Origin: Candidatus Poribacteria bacterium
Lineage (GTDB): Bacteria; Poribacteria; WGA-4E; WGA-3G
Reading direction: 5' to 3'
Assembly: GCA_964291315.2 (NCBI GenBank)
Contig: OZ219753.1
Location: 928,001-992,000, forward strand
Length of the DNA stretch: 64,000 nt
Numbering within the stretch: the stretch's first letter is position 1; each line of letters opens with the position of its first letter. Positions 1 to 9,757 of this stretch are shown piece after piece. Made by a program: the position numbers and the translations under genes. The notes beneath the pieces were generated by a model that worked only from the letters and a program-made list of their open reading frames with translations, did not search any database and was not told the origin of the DNA.

Positions 1-1
1 G

Positions 2-553
2 GCATCTCACTCCCCGGACGGATTCAGGGGACAAGAACGGTCTGAATTTCTAAGATTCTTAAGGAATGAGAGACGTGAAACCCTCCTTGAAATCGGTTGT
101 GGGCATGGGCAAGACGCACAGCACTTTCAAAAGCAAGGGATCCGGGTTTTCGCGGTAGATAACACTCCAACGATGGTGAAACTCACCTCGGAAAGGGGGG
201 TCCCTGTGCGGCTCTTAGATTGCTACGATCTCGACGAAATTAAGGAGACGTTTGATGCTGTCTATACCATGAACTGTCTCTTACACATACCGAAACGCGA
301 TTTCGATCGCGTTTTGAGATTAATCTCAAACCGACTCAACGAAAACGGGTTAATGTATTTGGGTATGTGGGGTGACGAAAACTTCGAGGGCATCTGGGAA
401 AAGGACAGATATGAACCGAAGCGTTTTTTCTCCTTTTGGCAAACAGCAGTGATGCTTCAAGTCCTACAGCCGCTATTTAGGTTGGAATACTACCGGCGAT
501 TAGAGCCGCATCGAGGCAGAGTTTTCAATTCTTTTATTCTTCGTAAACCATGA
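2..553 (+). CDS. Class I SAM-dependent methyltransferase (5'-truncated by window)
   Basis: The frame of ORF 173..553 is open back to position 2 and encodes LLEIGCGHGQDA (SAM motif I), then AVD and FDAVYTMNCLLH. Confidence 0.85.
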   Translation, partial: ASHSPDGFRGQERSEFLRFLRNERRETLLEIGCGHGQDAQHFQKQGIRVFAVDNTPTMVKLTSERGVPVRLLDCYDLDEIKETFDAVYTMNCLLHIPKRDFDRVLRLISNRLNENGLMYLGMWGDENFEGIWEKDRYEPKRFFSFWQTAVMLQVLQPLFRLEYYRRLEPHRGRVFNSFILRKP

Positions 554-611
554 ACTGTTTGATAGGGCACATGTGCTGCCGCGGAGAGCGCACTAATCCT
601 CCTTCTGCCCT

Positions 612-2231
612 CTAGACATTTAAGCCTGCCGCGTGTCTTCCCGCAGCGGGATCCCCTGCAGCACAGTACGTCCCGTTTTCGCTATTGACATGGAGCATGA
701 CAGGCTCGGCAATGGCAGTGGCTTGTGTTTTAAGTTGGTGCCCCCGTTTCACAAGTTCATGCCGAACAGTTTCACTCACATCGTCACTGATTGTCAGTGA
801 CCCTGCCTGTTTAAAAGTCTCTACACGGTTAGGGTTAGGATCGAAGGAGTCTTGATGATGATCTGTGGCAAACCGGGGAGCTGTAACGGCATCTTCGGGT
901 TGCATGCCAAACTCAATGAAATTCAACAGCAGGTTCAGCGTGGCTTGGTCTTGCAAGTCTCCGCCAGCCACACTAATCGCTAAAACTGGGGCTTCGTCCT
1001 TAAGTACCAATGTAGGAGTCAAGGTAATTCGCGGACGTTTTCCTGGTTGGATACAGTTCGGATGTCCGGGTGTCGTGTTCAGGCTTCGTAAACGGTTGCC
1101 ATAACTGACCCCGGTCGGTCCAAGCGTACCGCCCGCGTGATACACGTTAGCGCTCGGTGTAGCAGCAACGACATTTCCCCATCGGTCAGCGACCACGCAC
1201 GTTGTTGTTCCGCCGACTCCCGGTCTGAAAAGCCCTTCTGCTTTTAAAGGTTTCATTTTTTCTACATCGCCGGGTCGTGCTTCTTGTGACGCAGCGTTCA
1301 TATCAATTAGGGATCGGCGGATTTGGGTATACGCATCCGAAAGCAGTGCAGATAGCGGAACGTCCACAAATTCCGGGTCGCCGTAGTACATGTCCCGATC
1401 GGCCATCGCCAATTTGAGAGCCTCGGTGACGATATGCACGTACTCTGCTGAGAAATGCCCCATCGATTTGAGATCAAAGCCTTCCAGTAAGCGGAGCGCT
1501 TGACAGAGATAGGGCCCCTGGGTCCACGGACCGCACTTGTAGACTGTATATCCGCGATATTCTACGCTTACGGGGTCTTCAACGCGCGTAGCATGCGCAG
1601 CGAGGTCCCTTTTTCGAAGGAAGCCTCCGTTTTCAATGTAAAATGTCTCTAGGGTGTCGGCAATATCGGTATTAACGCCGTTCCGCCCGTAGAACCGATC
1701 GCTCGCTGCCTGCACTTTTTCCTCACGGTTTCCAGGTGTTCCTCGCTCCTCTTCGATCAACCGACGGAGGGTGATGCCTAATTCAGCGTGCCACTCTGCT
1801 TCCCCGTCATCTAGGAGGGTCAGTGTGGGGGCAACGATGTCCTCAAACGTTTTTGTGCCGTACAGCTTGAGCGTTGTTGTGCAGAGATCCACAACTGAGG
1901 GTACAGGTGCCATTTTGATGTCCCGATCCGGGATACCGTTTTCCATATACCAATTGATAGCTGTTTCGGACAGTGGGGCGCTTCCTTGTCCAGAGAGCGC
2001 TTTCACTTCCTGTTTCGCGGCGTTATAGATAAGGAGCGGCACTTCGCCGCCGATGGAGCATGCGCCGTGGTCGGTAACGTTGAGGGCGAGAATTGTGCCC
2101 GCTGCTGCATCTGCGGCGTTCCCACCTGCTTCCAGAATTTCGATCCCCGCTGCGACAGCCGGCGCTCCACCTGCCGCAACAACGCCTGTTTTGCTAACCG
2201 CTCTCCAACCAATTTCTTGTGCGTTTGCCAT
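612..2231 (-). CDS. Gamma-glutamyltransferase family protein
   Basis: GGNAADAA, nucleophile region GGTTTCVVADRWGN, PGKRPRITLTP, AGDP; 539 aa. Confidence 0.9.
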   Translation of the reverse strand: MANAQEIGWRAVSKTGVVAAGGAPAVAAGIEILEAGGNAADAAAGTILALNVTDHGACSIGGEVPLLIYNAAKQEVKALSGQGSAPLSETAINWYMENGIPDRDIKMAPVPSVVDLCTTTLKLYGTKTFEDIVAPTLTLLDDGEAEWHAELGITLRRLIEEERGTPGNREEKVQAASDRFYGRNGVNTDIADTLETFYIENGGFLRKRDLAAHATRVEDPVSVEYRGYTVYKCGPWTQGPYLCQALRLLEGFDLKSMGHFSAEYVHIVTEALKLAMADRDMYYGDPEFVDVPLSALLSDAYTQIRRSLIDMNAASQEARPGDVEKMKPLKAEGLFRPGVGGTTTCVVADRWGNVVAATPSANVYHAGGTLGPTGVSYGNRLRSLNTTPGHPNCIQPGKRPRITLTPTLVLKDEAPVLAISVAGGDLQDQATLNLLLNFIEFGMQPEDAVTAPRFATDHHQDSFDPNPNRVETFKQAGSLTISDDVSETVRHELVKRGHQLKTQATAIAEPVMLHVNSENGTYCAAGDPAAGRHAAGLNV

Positions 2232-2311
2232 CAGCTGTCTTTCTCCTTTACTCTGATGAGTCTTGTATCAGAAATTGTTAGTCTGTGCAAAGGTTCTCTT
2301 TGTCCAAAGCC

Positions 2312-2398
2312 GCGCACTTTTGTAGCCTAACTCGTTAGGATGCGCAGATTTTCTGTGTATTCAAAAATGAACCCAATAATTATCAAACTTGCGTTAAG
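2312..2398. repeat. Dispersed ~85-bp intergenic repeat (MITE/REP-like), copy 1
   Basis: Aligns by eye with 42063-42148 (CTTTTGTA...TATTCAAA.ATGA...TTATCAA.CTTGCGTTA). Confidence 0.6.
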
Positions 2399-2419
2399 CT
2401 GTAACCAACGGTATCCTTT

Positions 2420-4816
2420 TCAGATCATATTATCATCGTTAGAGTCTGCGGCGTTGCTCGGTTGCGGCTTCGGCAGCGCAGACGACTGAGGTGCCGGCAG
2501 CTGGATGTCCATAGGTGCAGCAATGTAGTTCCCCTGGCGGTCCATCAATCTGATCCTCATTCTATCTGACCACATGTGCCTGGGTGCTTGAATGGAGATA
2601 ATAGCATTTTTCTCGCCGTTGAAGTAATCATGCCCTATAACTATGATGTCGGCAAGCCTGTAAATTTTGGCTTGATGTAATCCTAAATCCGCTGCGGCTG
2701 CGATTTCTAGCTTGATAGTATCAGCGCCAACTGCAGTGAGCTTAAGGGTGCTCTGGTCAACAGAAGGCAGAACAACATTTCTCTCGTTGTCATTGAAATG
2801 GTAGTGTTTATCTAACCATCGCGCCTCATACTCTTCTAGTGCGTACGGATCCATACCTTCAGGTTTATGAAACAGTCCAAAGGTATGCCCGAGCTCATGA
2901 AAGATCACCTCTGCAGTGAGTCCTCTACTATTGCCGGCTATGATAGCGGTGCCGCCACATCTGTACCCGGACAGGGACCATCCGACCCCCCAGAGGTTGC
3001 CGTCTACGAATTTCGCGCCGCCTACAATAATCAATCGCACGCGATCCTGTTTATTCCAGGGAGGAGTGTCTTCGTTGAATCTGTCGGGCAGTTCAGGTTT
3101 CAGTTTTCCATAGGTGTCCTCGGTTTGACTGTAGCTGCGCCACCCGTTACGGCCGTTGAATTTATGAATTATAATCTCGCCATCGGTATCCCGATCTAGT
3201 CTGAACGTTTTACGTCCGAATCCGTGTCGGTTCATCTCTTCTGCGCATAGCGCTTGTGCGGCTTCTATCGTTCGTTTGATTTTGTCTGTTGCTATTTCTT
3301 CGGCATCACTGGGCTTAAAATAGACGCAATCCACTATAAAATTGCCCGTATATCTATTTGTGCCAACGTTGTCATCATCGGCATCATCAGCATCATCGCC
3401 ACCGGAGCCGTCGTCATTGTTATCATCAGTCTCGTCCGAGGTTTCTGCTAAAACGGGTGTTGGCGTAACCGGCGCAACCGGTGCAGCCGGCACTGACTTC
3501 ACACATCGAAACCCGAGGTCACCGCCCGTGCTCATCGGGAAACTATAGTCACGATTCGAGACGCGAACAACCGAGGCTGAATAGAACCAAGAGCCGCCAC
3601 GCAACACGCGCTGCGAATCAACGGTTGTATAGGTGTCTATTATGGTGCTGTCGCCTGACAACGGGTTCTGCGCGGGGGAGGTGTCATAGAAGTTGTCGAG
3701 ATACGTATCGAGACACCACTCAAATACGTTTCCTGCCATATCGTAGAGCCCATAGCCGTTGGCGGCGTATGTGCCGCCTGGGGTTGTGTCCGCGATATTC
3801 CATCCGTAGTTCGCCTGGGTCGTGTCTATGGTATCGCCCCAGGGATATTGCTTGCCGGCTAAGCCGCCGCGTGCGGCGTATTCCCACTCTGCCTCGGTGG
3901 GGAGTCGTTTTCCTGCCCAGGCAGCATACGCCATCGCCCCGTACCAGCTCACCCGAACAACAGGATGATTTGCATATCCGGTCTTCGCACGATACGTTCC
4001 CGCTATAAGCTCAATGCGCACATCGCTGCTACCGAGAGACAGCCACGTATGACCCGCATCCGCATGTTTCCCTTTCGCATTGAGAAACGCCGCGTATTCT
4101 GCGTTCGTCACCTCATGCGTATCCATATGAAACGCCTCTACAGAGACAGGGTGAACGGGACTTTCATCGGTGTCGCCTGTGGTGCTGCCCATCTGGAAGG
4201 TGCCTGCGGGGATCAGCACCATGCCCGCAGGGCCCGTGTCTTGTTGAATCGCGGGCGTGCTGCTGCTATTGTCAGTGTTGTCGTTTTCATCGTCCTCGTT
4301 GACAAGCGACACCGGCTCGCCACTCAGAGACACCCATGCCGATGTAACTGTCACATCTGAACCGCTTGAGTACCGCAGGAAACCGTCCGAATGAACCAAC
4401 ACATCGCCCGAATGATCCGAATACAGGAGCTGATCCACCGTCACGGAAGTATCAAATGCCTCAGAAACAAGCCGAAACGACCGATCCGGATGCACCCAGA
4501 AATGAGATGTCGATGCACTGCTCTCCGGTTTTAGTGCTCCTGCCGAGTTTGCAATACGGAAATAGATACTGTTATCCGCCCATGAATAAAATGAACGGCT
4601 CTTACCTGGGCGAATACGGTAAGTTCCGCGCGTCCGGAACCCCCTCGGGAATCCTTTTTTTGGTTTCCCAGCCTTCCACGTTGAACGGACTACATACACG
4701 TTCTCATCTGTCTCATTTGTTATGACGCTTTTCTGCCATTCTTGTGCGTTTGCAAATGAGGCACCCAAAAACAGGAGCGCCGCAAAAGCAGACAAAATAA
4801 ATACTGTTGTTCGCAT
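2420..4816 (-). CDS. Secreted multidomain protein: unrecognised N-terminal domain + FGE-sulfatase (SUMF1-like) domain + HExxH zinc-peptidase-like domain
   Basis: Signal peptide MRTTVFIL...ANA; FQMGS, RLPTEAEWEYAARGG, NGYGLYDMAGNVFEW, RVLRGGSW, GFRCV; HELGHTFGLFH. Start moved to the ATG at 4816. Confidence 0.85.
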   Translation of the reverse strand: MRTTVFILSAFAALLFLGASFANAQEWQKSVITNETDENVYVVRSTWKAGKPKKGFPRGFRTRGTYRIRPGKSRSFYSWADNSIYFRIANSAGALKPESSASTSHFWVHPDRSFRLVSEAFDTSVTVDQLLYSDHSGDVLVHSDGFLRYSSGSDVTVTSAWVSLSGEPVSLVNEDDENDNTDNSSSTPAIQQDTGPAGMVLIPAGTFQMGSTTGDTDESPVHPVSVEAFHMDTHEVTNAEYAAFLNAKGKHADAGHTWLSLGSSDVRIELIAGTYRAKTGYANHPVVRVSWYGAMAYAAWAGKRLPTEAEWEYAARGGLAGKQYPWGDTIDTTQANYGWNIADTTPGGTYAANGYGLYDMAGNVFEWCLDTYLDNFYDTSPAQNPLSGDSTIIDTYTTVDSQRVLRGGSWFYSASVVRVSNRDYSFPMSTGGDLGFRCVKSVPAAPVAPVTPTPVLAETSDETDDNNDDGSGGDDADDADDDNVGTNRYTGNFIVDCVYFKPSDAEEIATDKIKRTIEAAQALCAEEMNRHGFGRKTFRLDRDTDGEIIIHKFNGRNGWRSYSQTEDTYGKLKPELPDRFNEDTPPWNKQDRVRLIIVGGAKFVDGNLWGVGWSLSGYRCGGTAIIAGNSRGLTAEVIFHELGHTFGLFHKPEGMDPYALEEYEARWLDKHYHFNDNERNVVLPSVDQSTLKLTAVGADTIKLEIAAAADLGLHQAKIYRLADIIVIGHDYFNGEKNAIISIQAPRHMWSDRMRIRLMDRQGNYIAAPMDIQLPAPQSSALPKPQPSNAADSNDDNMI

Positions 4817-5095
4817 ATTAAACCTTTTTTTTTTTATTAATTTCATTATTAACATTCTAACAGATTTTTTTTTCTATTGCAACCCGCAAAATGCTGTGGA
4901 TTCAGTCGCACAATTTTCCGCCACGGTAATTTAAGCTTGTGATCTTTCCCGAATTGTGATAGACTACATTCGAGAAGGAGTGAACCGTGGTAGCGTGAAG
5001 TACGAACAGCTCAAAAAGCATGACAGGTGCTAACGGGGGCGTATTTTGTTCCTCATGCACAAAGCTGACACAGATGTAACCTATAGATTACTGCA

Positions 5096-5668
5096 ATGAA
5101 AATTCCGAGCGTTGTTATCAGCGGCGATGTCTCACAAGCGGGAACCTATATCCTACGGATCCGCCTTAAAGAAGATACTGCATTAACATTCGGAGGGTTC
5201 AAGAAGGGGAGACCGATTTCACTCGGCGCCGGGGACTACACCTATGTAGGCTCTGCGCTTTCAGAAAAGGGGGCCACTTCACTTGCCCGTCGGCTCACTC
5301 GTCACGCAACGCGCAGCGCCGATAAACCACCACACCTTATCCGAGCGGAGATGATCAGATGTTTCATTGAATGCGGTTTAGAACCTCGCAACCCGCTGCC
5401 GAAGCACGACAAAACCTTACATTGGAACATCGACTTCCTGCTGGATCTACAGTGCGCGGAGATCATAAATGTGCTCGCTGTCCGTTCGCCTGAGCGTCTG
5501 GAAGTTAAAATTGGCAGACACCTCGAAAACGATCCATGCACGGAGATTATTGAAGCAGGATTGGGCGCGAACGATACGTCGCGGAGCACCCACCTGTTAC
5601 GAATCGACGCAGGTGAGACGTGGTGGGCATCGCTCATAGATAACATTACAGACTGTTTTGAGAGTTGA
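5096..5668 (+). CDS. DUF123 / Uri-superfamily GIY-YIG-like nuclease
   Basis: GTYIL...YTYVGSA...RLTRH...HWNIDFLL pattern. Confidence 0.75.
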   Translation: MKIPSVVISGDVSQAGTYILRIRLKEDTALTFGGFKKGRPISLGAGDYTYVGSALSEKGATSLARRLTRHATRSADKPPHLIRAEMIRCFIECGLEPRNPLPKHDKTLHWNIDFLLDLQCAEIINVLAVRSPERLEVKIGRHLENDPCTEIIEAGLGANDTSRSTHLLRIDAGETWWASLIDNITDCFES

Positions 5669-5730
5669 AACGTTTTACAAAGCTCGCCCCTGAATTTTTA
5701 CATATATAAGAGAATCACTTTGAGGTAAAT

Positions 5731-6843
5731 ATGCACGATCCACGACTTGACCAGCTCGCAAACGTACTGACGACCCATTCTACCAAAATCCAACCCGATG
5801 AAGTTGTGCTCATAGAGGGCATCGACATTCCACAGGAGATGGTCATTGCTCTTATTCGCGCCGTCCGGAAGGCTGGTGGAATCCCGCTTGTTGAGCTTAA
5901 GCAGAATCGCATTCAACGCGAAATTATCCTCGGTGGGAACGAGGCCGGCATAAAATTAAGCGGTGAATACGAAACATACCGTATGAAAAAGGTTCAGGCG
6001 TACATCGGCATCCGGGGCAGTCACAATATCACAGAGATGTCTGATGTACCGTCGGAGGCGATTCAACGTTATCAAAAGTGCTGGGTGAAGCCTCTCAATG
6101 CGATCCGGGTACCGCACACGAAATGGGTTGTTCTCCGGTGGCCCTACCCGTCGATGGCACAACAGGCAAAAATGAGCACAGAGGCGTTCGAGGACTACTA
6201 CTTCGATGTGTGTACGCTGGACTACAGTCGGATGGAACGTGCCATGCAGCCGCTCAGATCTCTCATGGAGGAAACGGACGATGTCCACATCACCGGGGTG
6301 GGCACTGATTTGCGCTTCAGCATCAAGGACATACCGGTTATCCCGTGCGCCGGCGAGAAGAACATTCCGGACGGCGAATGCTTTACTGCCCCCGTTCGAG
6401 AATCGGTCAACGGCAAAATCCGTTTCAATACCCCGACTATCTATCAGGGAACGACTTTTACGGATATTCAGCTCCACTTTGAGAACGGCAAGATCGTCGA
6501 GGCAACTGCGAACAACACGCAGAGACTCACAGATATTCTCGACACAGACGAAGGTGCGCGCTATATCGGTGAGTTTGCGATTGCGTTCAATCCGTATATC
6601 AGAGAACCGATGCTGGATATTCTGTTTGACGAAAAGATTGCAGGGTCCTTTCACTTTACGCCCGGTCAGGCGTATGAGGAAGCCGACAACGGTGTCAGCT
6701 CTGCTGTGCATTGGGACATGGTGATGATCCAAACGCCCGAGTATGGCGGTGGCGAAATGTACTTCGATGGAGACTTGATCCGCAAGGAGGGTCGCTTTAT
6801 TCACACCGATTTGCAGCCGTTAAATCCAGAGAACTTAAAATGA
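5731..6843 (+). CDS. M29 family aminopeptidase
   Basis: NIPDGECFTAP, GARYIGEFAI, LFDEKIAGSFH, SAVHWDM. Confidence 0.92.
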   Translation: MHDPRLDQLANVLTTHSTKIQPDEVVLIEGIDIPQEMVIALIRAVRKAGGIPLVELKQNRIQREIILGGNEAGIKLSGEYETYRMKKVQAYIGIRGSHNITEMSDVPSEAIQRYQKCWVKPLNAIRVPHTKWVVLRWPYPSMAQQAKMSTEAFEDYYFDVCTLDYSRMERAMQPLRSLMEETDDVHITGVGTDLRFSIKDIPVIPCAGEKNIPDGECFTAPVRESVNGKIRFNTPTIYQGTTFTDIQLHFENGKIVEATANNTQRLTDILDTDEGARYIGEFAIAFNPYIREPMLDILFDEKIAGSFHFTPGQAYEEADNGVSSAVHWDMVMIQTPEYGGGEMYFDGDLIRKEGRFIHTDLQPLNPENLK

Positions 6844-7325
6844 GCAGAAACCAACACCCTGTCTACGGAGACCCGCGACGATTTGAAGCCGTCGCAGATT
6901 TCGTCGCCTCGCGATACGCCAACAGGATCCAGTGCGTTGCGGATGTCGCCGGTGGCAAAGGGATATTAACACGGCTTCTCACAAAAAAGAAAAACTTTGC
7001 ATGCGAGCTCATCGATCCGAGGCGCGCGGTTCTCAAAGGTATTGAGCATCGACCTGAACAATTCGAGCCTGAGATGGCGGACTACTACGATCTGTTAGTT
7101 GGGCTCCATCCGGACGGTGCGCTTCGTCAATTAGGAGAGGCTGCACTCGTTCGTCCTGCTATAATTATTCCGTGTTGCAATTTCTGGGATGAACAGCGGC
7201 GCGGGCAGTCTGAATTATTAACTGCAATTGAAGACTTTTACCGCCGACACGCCGTCCGATTTGAACGGATTGCGCTGGGCTTCAAGGGACCGAAAAATAT
7301 CGCTATCGTATCCGAACCCGCTTGA
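6840..7325 (+). CDS. Hypothetical methyltransferase-like protein
   Basis: ATG overlaps the upstream stop (ATGA); VADVAGGKG, VGLHPD and IIPCC motifs. Confidence 0.7.
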   Translation: MSRNQHPVYGDPRRFEAVADFVASRYANRIQCVADVAGGKGILTRLLTKKKNFACELIDPRRAVLKGIEHRPEQFEPEMADYYDLLVGLHPDGALRQLGEAALVRPAIIIPCCNFWDEQRRGQSELLTAIEDFYRRHAVRFERIALGFKGPKNIAIVSEPA

Positions 7326-7353
7326 TTCTCAAAGCAGAGAAGGGACCATAAAT

Positions 7354-8820
7354 ATGGCACAACATCCCAATATTCTTTTCCTACTCACCGACCAGCAACG
7401 TTTCGATGCCCTCGGATGCAACGGGGCACCGATATGCAGAACGCCCGCCGTTGATGACATCGCAGCGACGGGGATGCGATTCACGAACGCCTACACACCT
7501 ATTGCACTCTGTTCACCCGCACGAGGGTCGCTGCTCACGGGACTCTATCCTCATAATCACGGACAACTTTCAAATATGGGAAATTTTAACGGTGTGTTCG
7601 CGAACCAGATCCTCGACAAACCCGCGTATCCAAAACTCTTAAGCCAAGCAGGCTATCGAGTGAGTTGCATCGGCAAATGGCATCTCGCCAAGGAAGGCGA
7701 TACAGAATTCTGGGGATACCACAAGTGGCACCCCTATAGCGAGTGGCATCAGTGGCTCCGTGATGACGGTATTGACTTCAGGATCGACAGGGACGCTGTG
7801 CAGCCGTTTGAATGGGGCGGCGAGGCACCGTTCTACGGAAAACTCCCGCTGCCGGCAGAACGCACGATGGAGGCCTGGACGGCAGATAAAACCATTGAAC
7901 TGCTCAACGACTACGCCGATTCTGAACAACCGTTTATGATCGCAGCGAACTTCTTCGGACCGCACTTCCCCTACGCCGTACCAGCCCCTTACCATGCCAT
8001 GTACGACCCAGATACCGTTGAACGGTGGGGCAACTTTGATGAACAGTTCATCAACAAACCGCTCATTCAACAGAAGGAGATGCTCCGATGGAACGCCAGC
8101 CATCTGACGTGGCCGGACTGGCAGAAAGTCATCGCTGCCTACTGGGGGTTTTGCACCTTTATTGACGACCAGATCAGACGAATCCTCGACTGCCTTGAGG
8201 CGAACGGTTTGGCAGAAAACACCGTTGTCCTCTTTTCAACCGATCACGGCGATATGCTCGGCAGTCATCGCTTGTTCAACAAAGGTTTCCACATGTACGA
8301 GGAAACACATCACATCCCGCTTGTGATCCGTTGGCCTGGCACAACGCCCCCCGGCACGACATGTGACGCATTCGTGAACCTTGTAGACCTCATGCCGACC
8401 TTCTTAGACCTCTGCGGCGCATCCATGCCTGAACATCTCAATACCGGCAGGCAACCCCCACCGAAACTTGACGGTAGATCAATCGTGCGGCTGTTAAAAG
8501 GCGAAACCGTGGACGATTGGCCCGACGATGCGTTCGCTGAATTCCACGGCTACGAACCAACCCTCGCCTCCGTTAGAATGGTAAGAACGGACTCATGGAA
8601 ATACGTCTACAACCCTTACAGTGAAGATGAACTCTACGACATGAAGAGCGATCCGCACGAACTCCATAACGTAGCCAACCAGCTCGGCTATAAGCACGTT
8701 CTCCGACGCATGAAAGAACGTATGGTTAAACGTTTACGACAAACGAGAGATAACATCGCTATGGAAGGCGGGTGGCAGAGCAATTCCTTCGACCTGCTGA
8801 TCTCCGACCGCGAGCAATAG
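7354..8820 (+). CDS. Cys-type (formylglycine-dependent) sulfatase
   Basis: PNILFLLTDQQ, CSPAR (CxPxR), GKWHL, STDHG, ELYD. Confidence 0.93.
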   Translation: MAQHPNILFLLTDQQRFDALGCNGAPICRTPAVDDIAATGMRFTNAYTPIALCSPARGSLLTGLYPHNHGQLSNMGNFNGVFANQILDKPAYPKLLSQAGYRVSCIGKWHLAKEGDTEFWGYHKWHPYSEWHQWLRDDGIDFRIDRDAVQPFEWGGEAPFYGKLPLPAERTMEAWTADKTIELLNDYADSEQPFMIAANFFGPHFPYAVPAPYHAMYDPDTVERWGNFDEQFINKPLIQQKEMLRWNASHLTWPDWQKVIAAYWGFCTFIDDQIRRILDCLEANGLAENTVVLFSTDHGDMLGSHRLFNKGFHMYEETHHIPLVIRWPGTTPPGTTCDAFVNLVDLMPTFLDLCGASMPEHLNTGRQPPPKLDGRSIVRLLKGETVDDWPDDAFAEFHGYEPTLASVRMVRTDSWKYVYNPYSEDELYDMKSDPHELHNVANQLGYKHVLRRMKERMVKRLRQTRDNIAMEGGWQSNSFDLLISDREQ

Positions 8821-8901
8821 TTTGTGTTGCTACCTTGTGCAACATCATCCGTTGTAGCATGGTTTCCTGTTAGGCTGTGCCGCATAGCCCTCAGAAAAAG
8901 G

Positions 8902-8930
8902 TTGAAACCCCAAAATATGCGTGGTATGAT
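8902..8930 (+). promoter_or_regulatory. Sigma70-type promoter
   Basis: TTGAAA-N17-TATGAT with extended TG, 45 bp upstream of ORF 8976. Confidence 0.6.
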
Positions 8931-8975
8931 TGGAATTAACCAGAAACCTAACAATTTTATGATAGAGGTAATATT

Positions 8976-9752
8976 ATGTTTGGCGATGTACTTTCCCGCC
9001 GCTGGCTCCAAGTAGGGCTGGCGTTCTTTGTGCTGCTGGTGGTCGGTAGCCTGCTGTATAGTTGCCACCCTCAACGCACGACAGAAAAAGCGATGGAACA
9101 GCACAACCGATCTTTGCAGGAGCATGCGGAACAGAACGAGACACGCCCCGCAGCAGTTGACGTTCCGACAGAGACCGAGACACCCGTACGTGTGAATACA
9201 CTCGATGAAAACCCGGACACACCGACCTCCGAGGCGACCGAGGAGCTACCTAACGAGATCGAAGATACATCCTTGCCCGAAGACTCCACCGCAGAGGAGG
9301 ACATCGCCGAGGATGTCCCTGTTTCGCCCTTCGGCTTTGGACCGTATCCTGAAATTCCAGCCGATTTCCCCCACCTTCAAAGTTGGGATCAAATCGTAGA
9401 CGAGTCAGACCCAGACTGGGAGTTAATGGCACGCGTCATGATAAAACTCTGGAAACAGGGAACTGAAGTGATTGCTGCGGACATGACGAACGGCTTGGTA
9501 TATCCGACGCTCAAGGATACGCTCTATATCGAATGGGGTGAGACGAGCGGCCCTGATGGACCTGTTAGATACATTTTACAGGTGTCCGGCGATCCCGCGG
9601 CCGCGATGCGTCTGGAATCCATCACTGAAAACTTAGGGGAACATGAAAGTCTCTCCGAAGCGGATCTGCCTTCAGATATAACCTTCATCCCTTATAGTGA
9701 AGGAGGCATTGACCCGTACACATTTTTGGATTTACCCAAAAATAGGAGGTAA
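8976..9752 (+). CDS. Membrane-anchored acidic hypothetical protein
   Basis: N-terminal TM helix, acidic linker, VSPFGFGPYPEIP; GAGG RBS. Confidence 0.8.
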   Translation: MFGDVLSRRWLQVGLAFFVLLVVGSLLYSCHPQRTTEKAMEQHNRSLQEHAEQNETRPAAVDVPTETETPVRVNTLDENPDTPTSEATEELPNEIEDTSLPEDSTAEEDIAEDVPVSPFGFGPYPEIPADFPHLQSWDQIVDESDPDWELMARVMIKLWKQGTEVIAADMTNGLVYPTLKDTLYIEWGETSGPDGPVRYILQVSGDPAAAMRLESITENLGEHESLSEADLPSDITFIPYSEGGIDPYTFLDLPKNRR

Positions 9753-9757
9753 CACCG

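Noticed and set aside
3500-3615. DGR variable region in the FGE domain
   Set aside because: No template repeat or reverse transcriptase was seen in the window.
5956-6804. Long antisense and alternative-frame ORFs (e.g. 5956..6804, 3481..4008, 12870..13487, 23693..24337)
   Set aside because: They overlap well-supported genes and lack recognisable motifs; treated as shadow ORFs.
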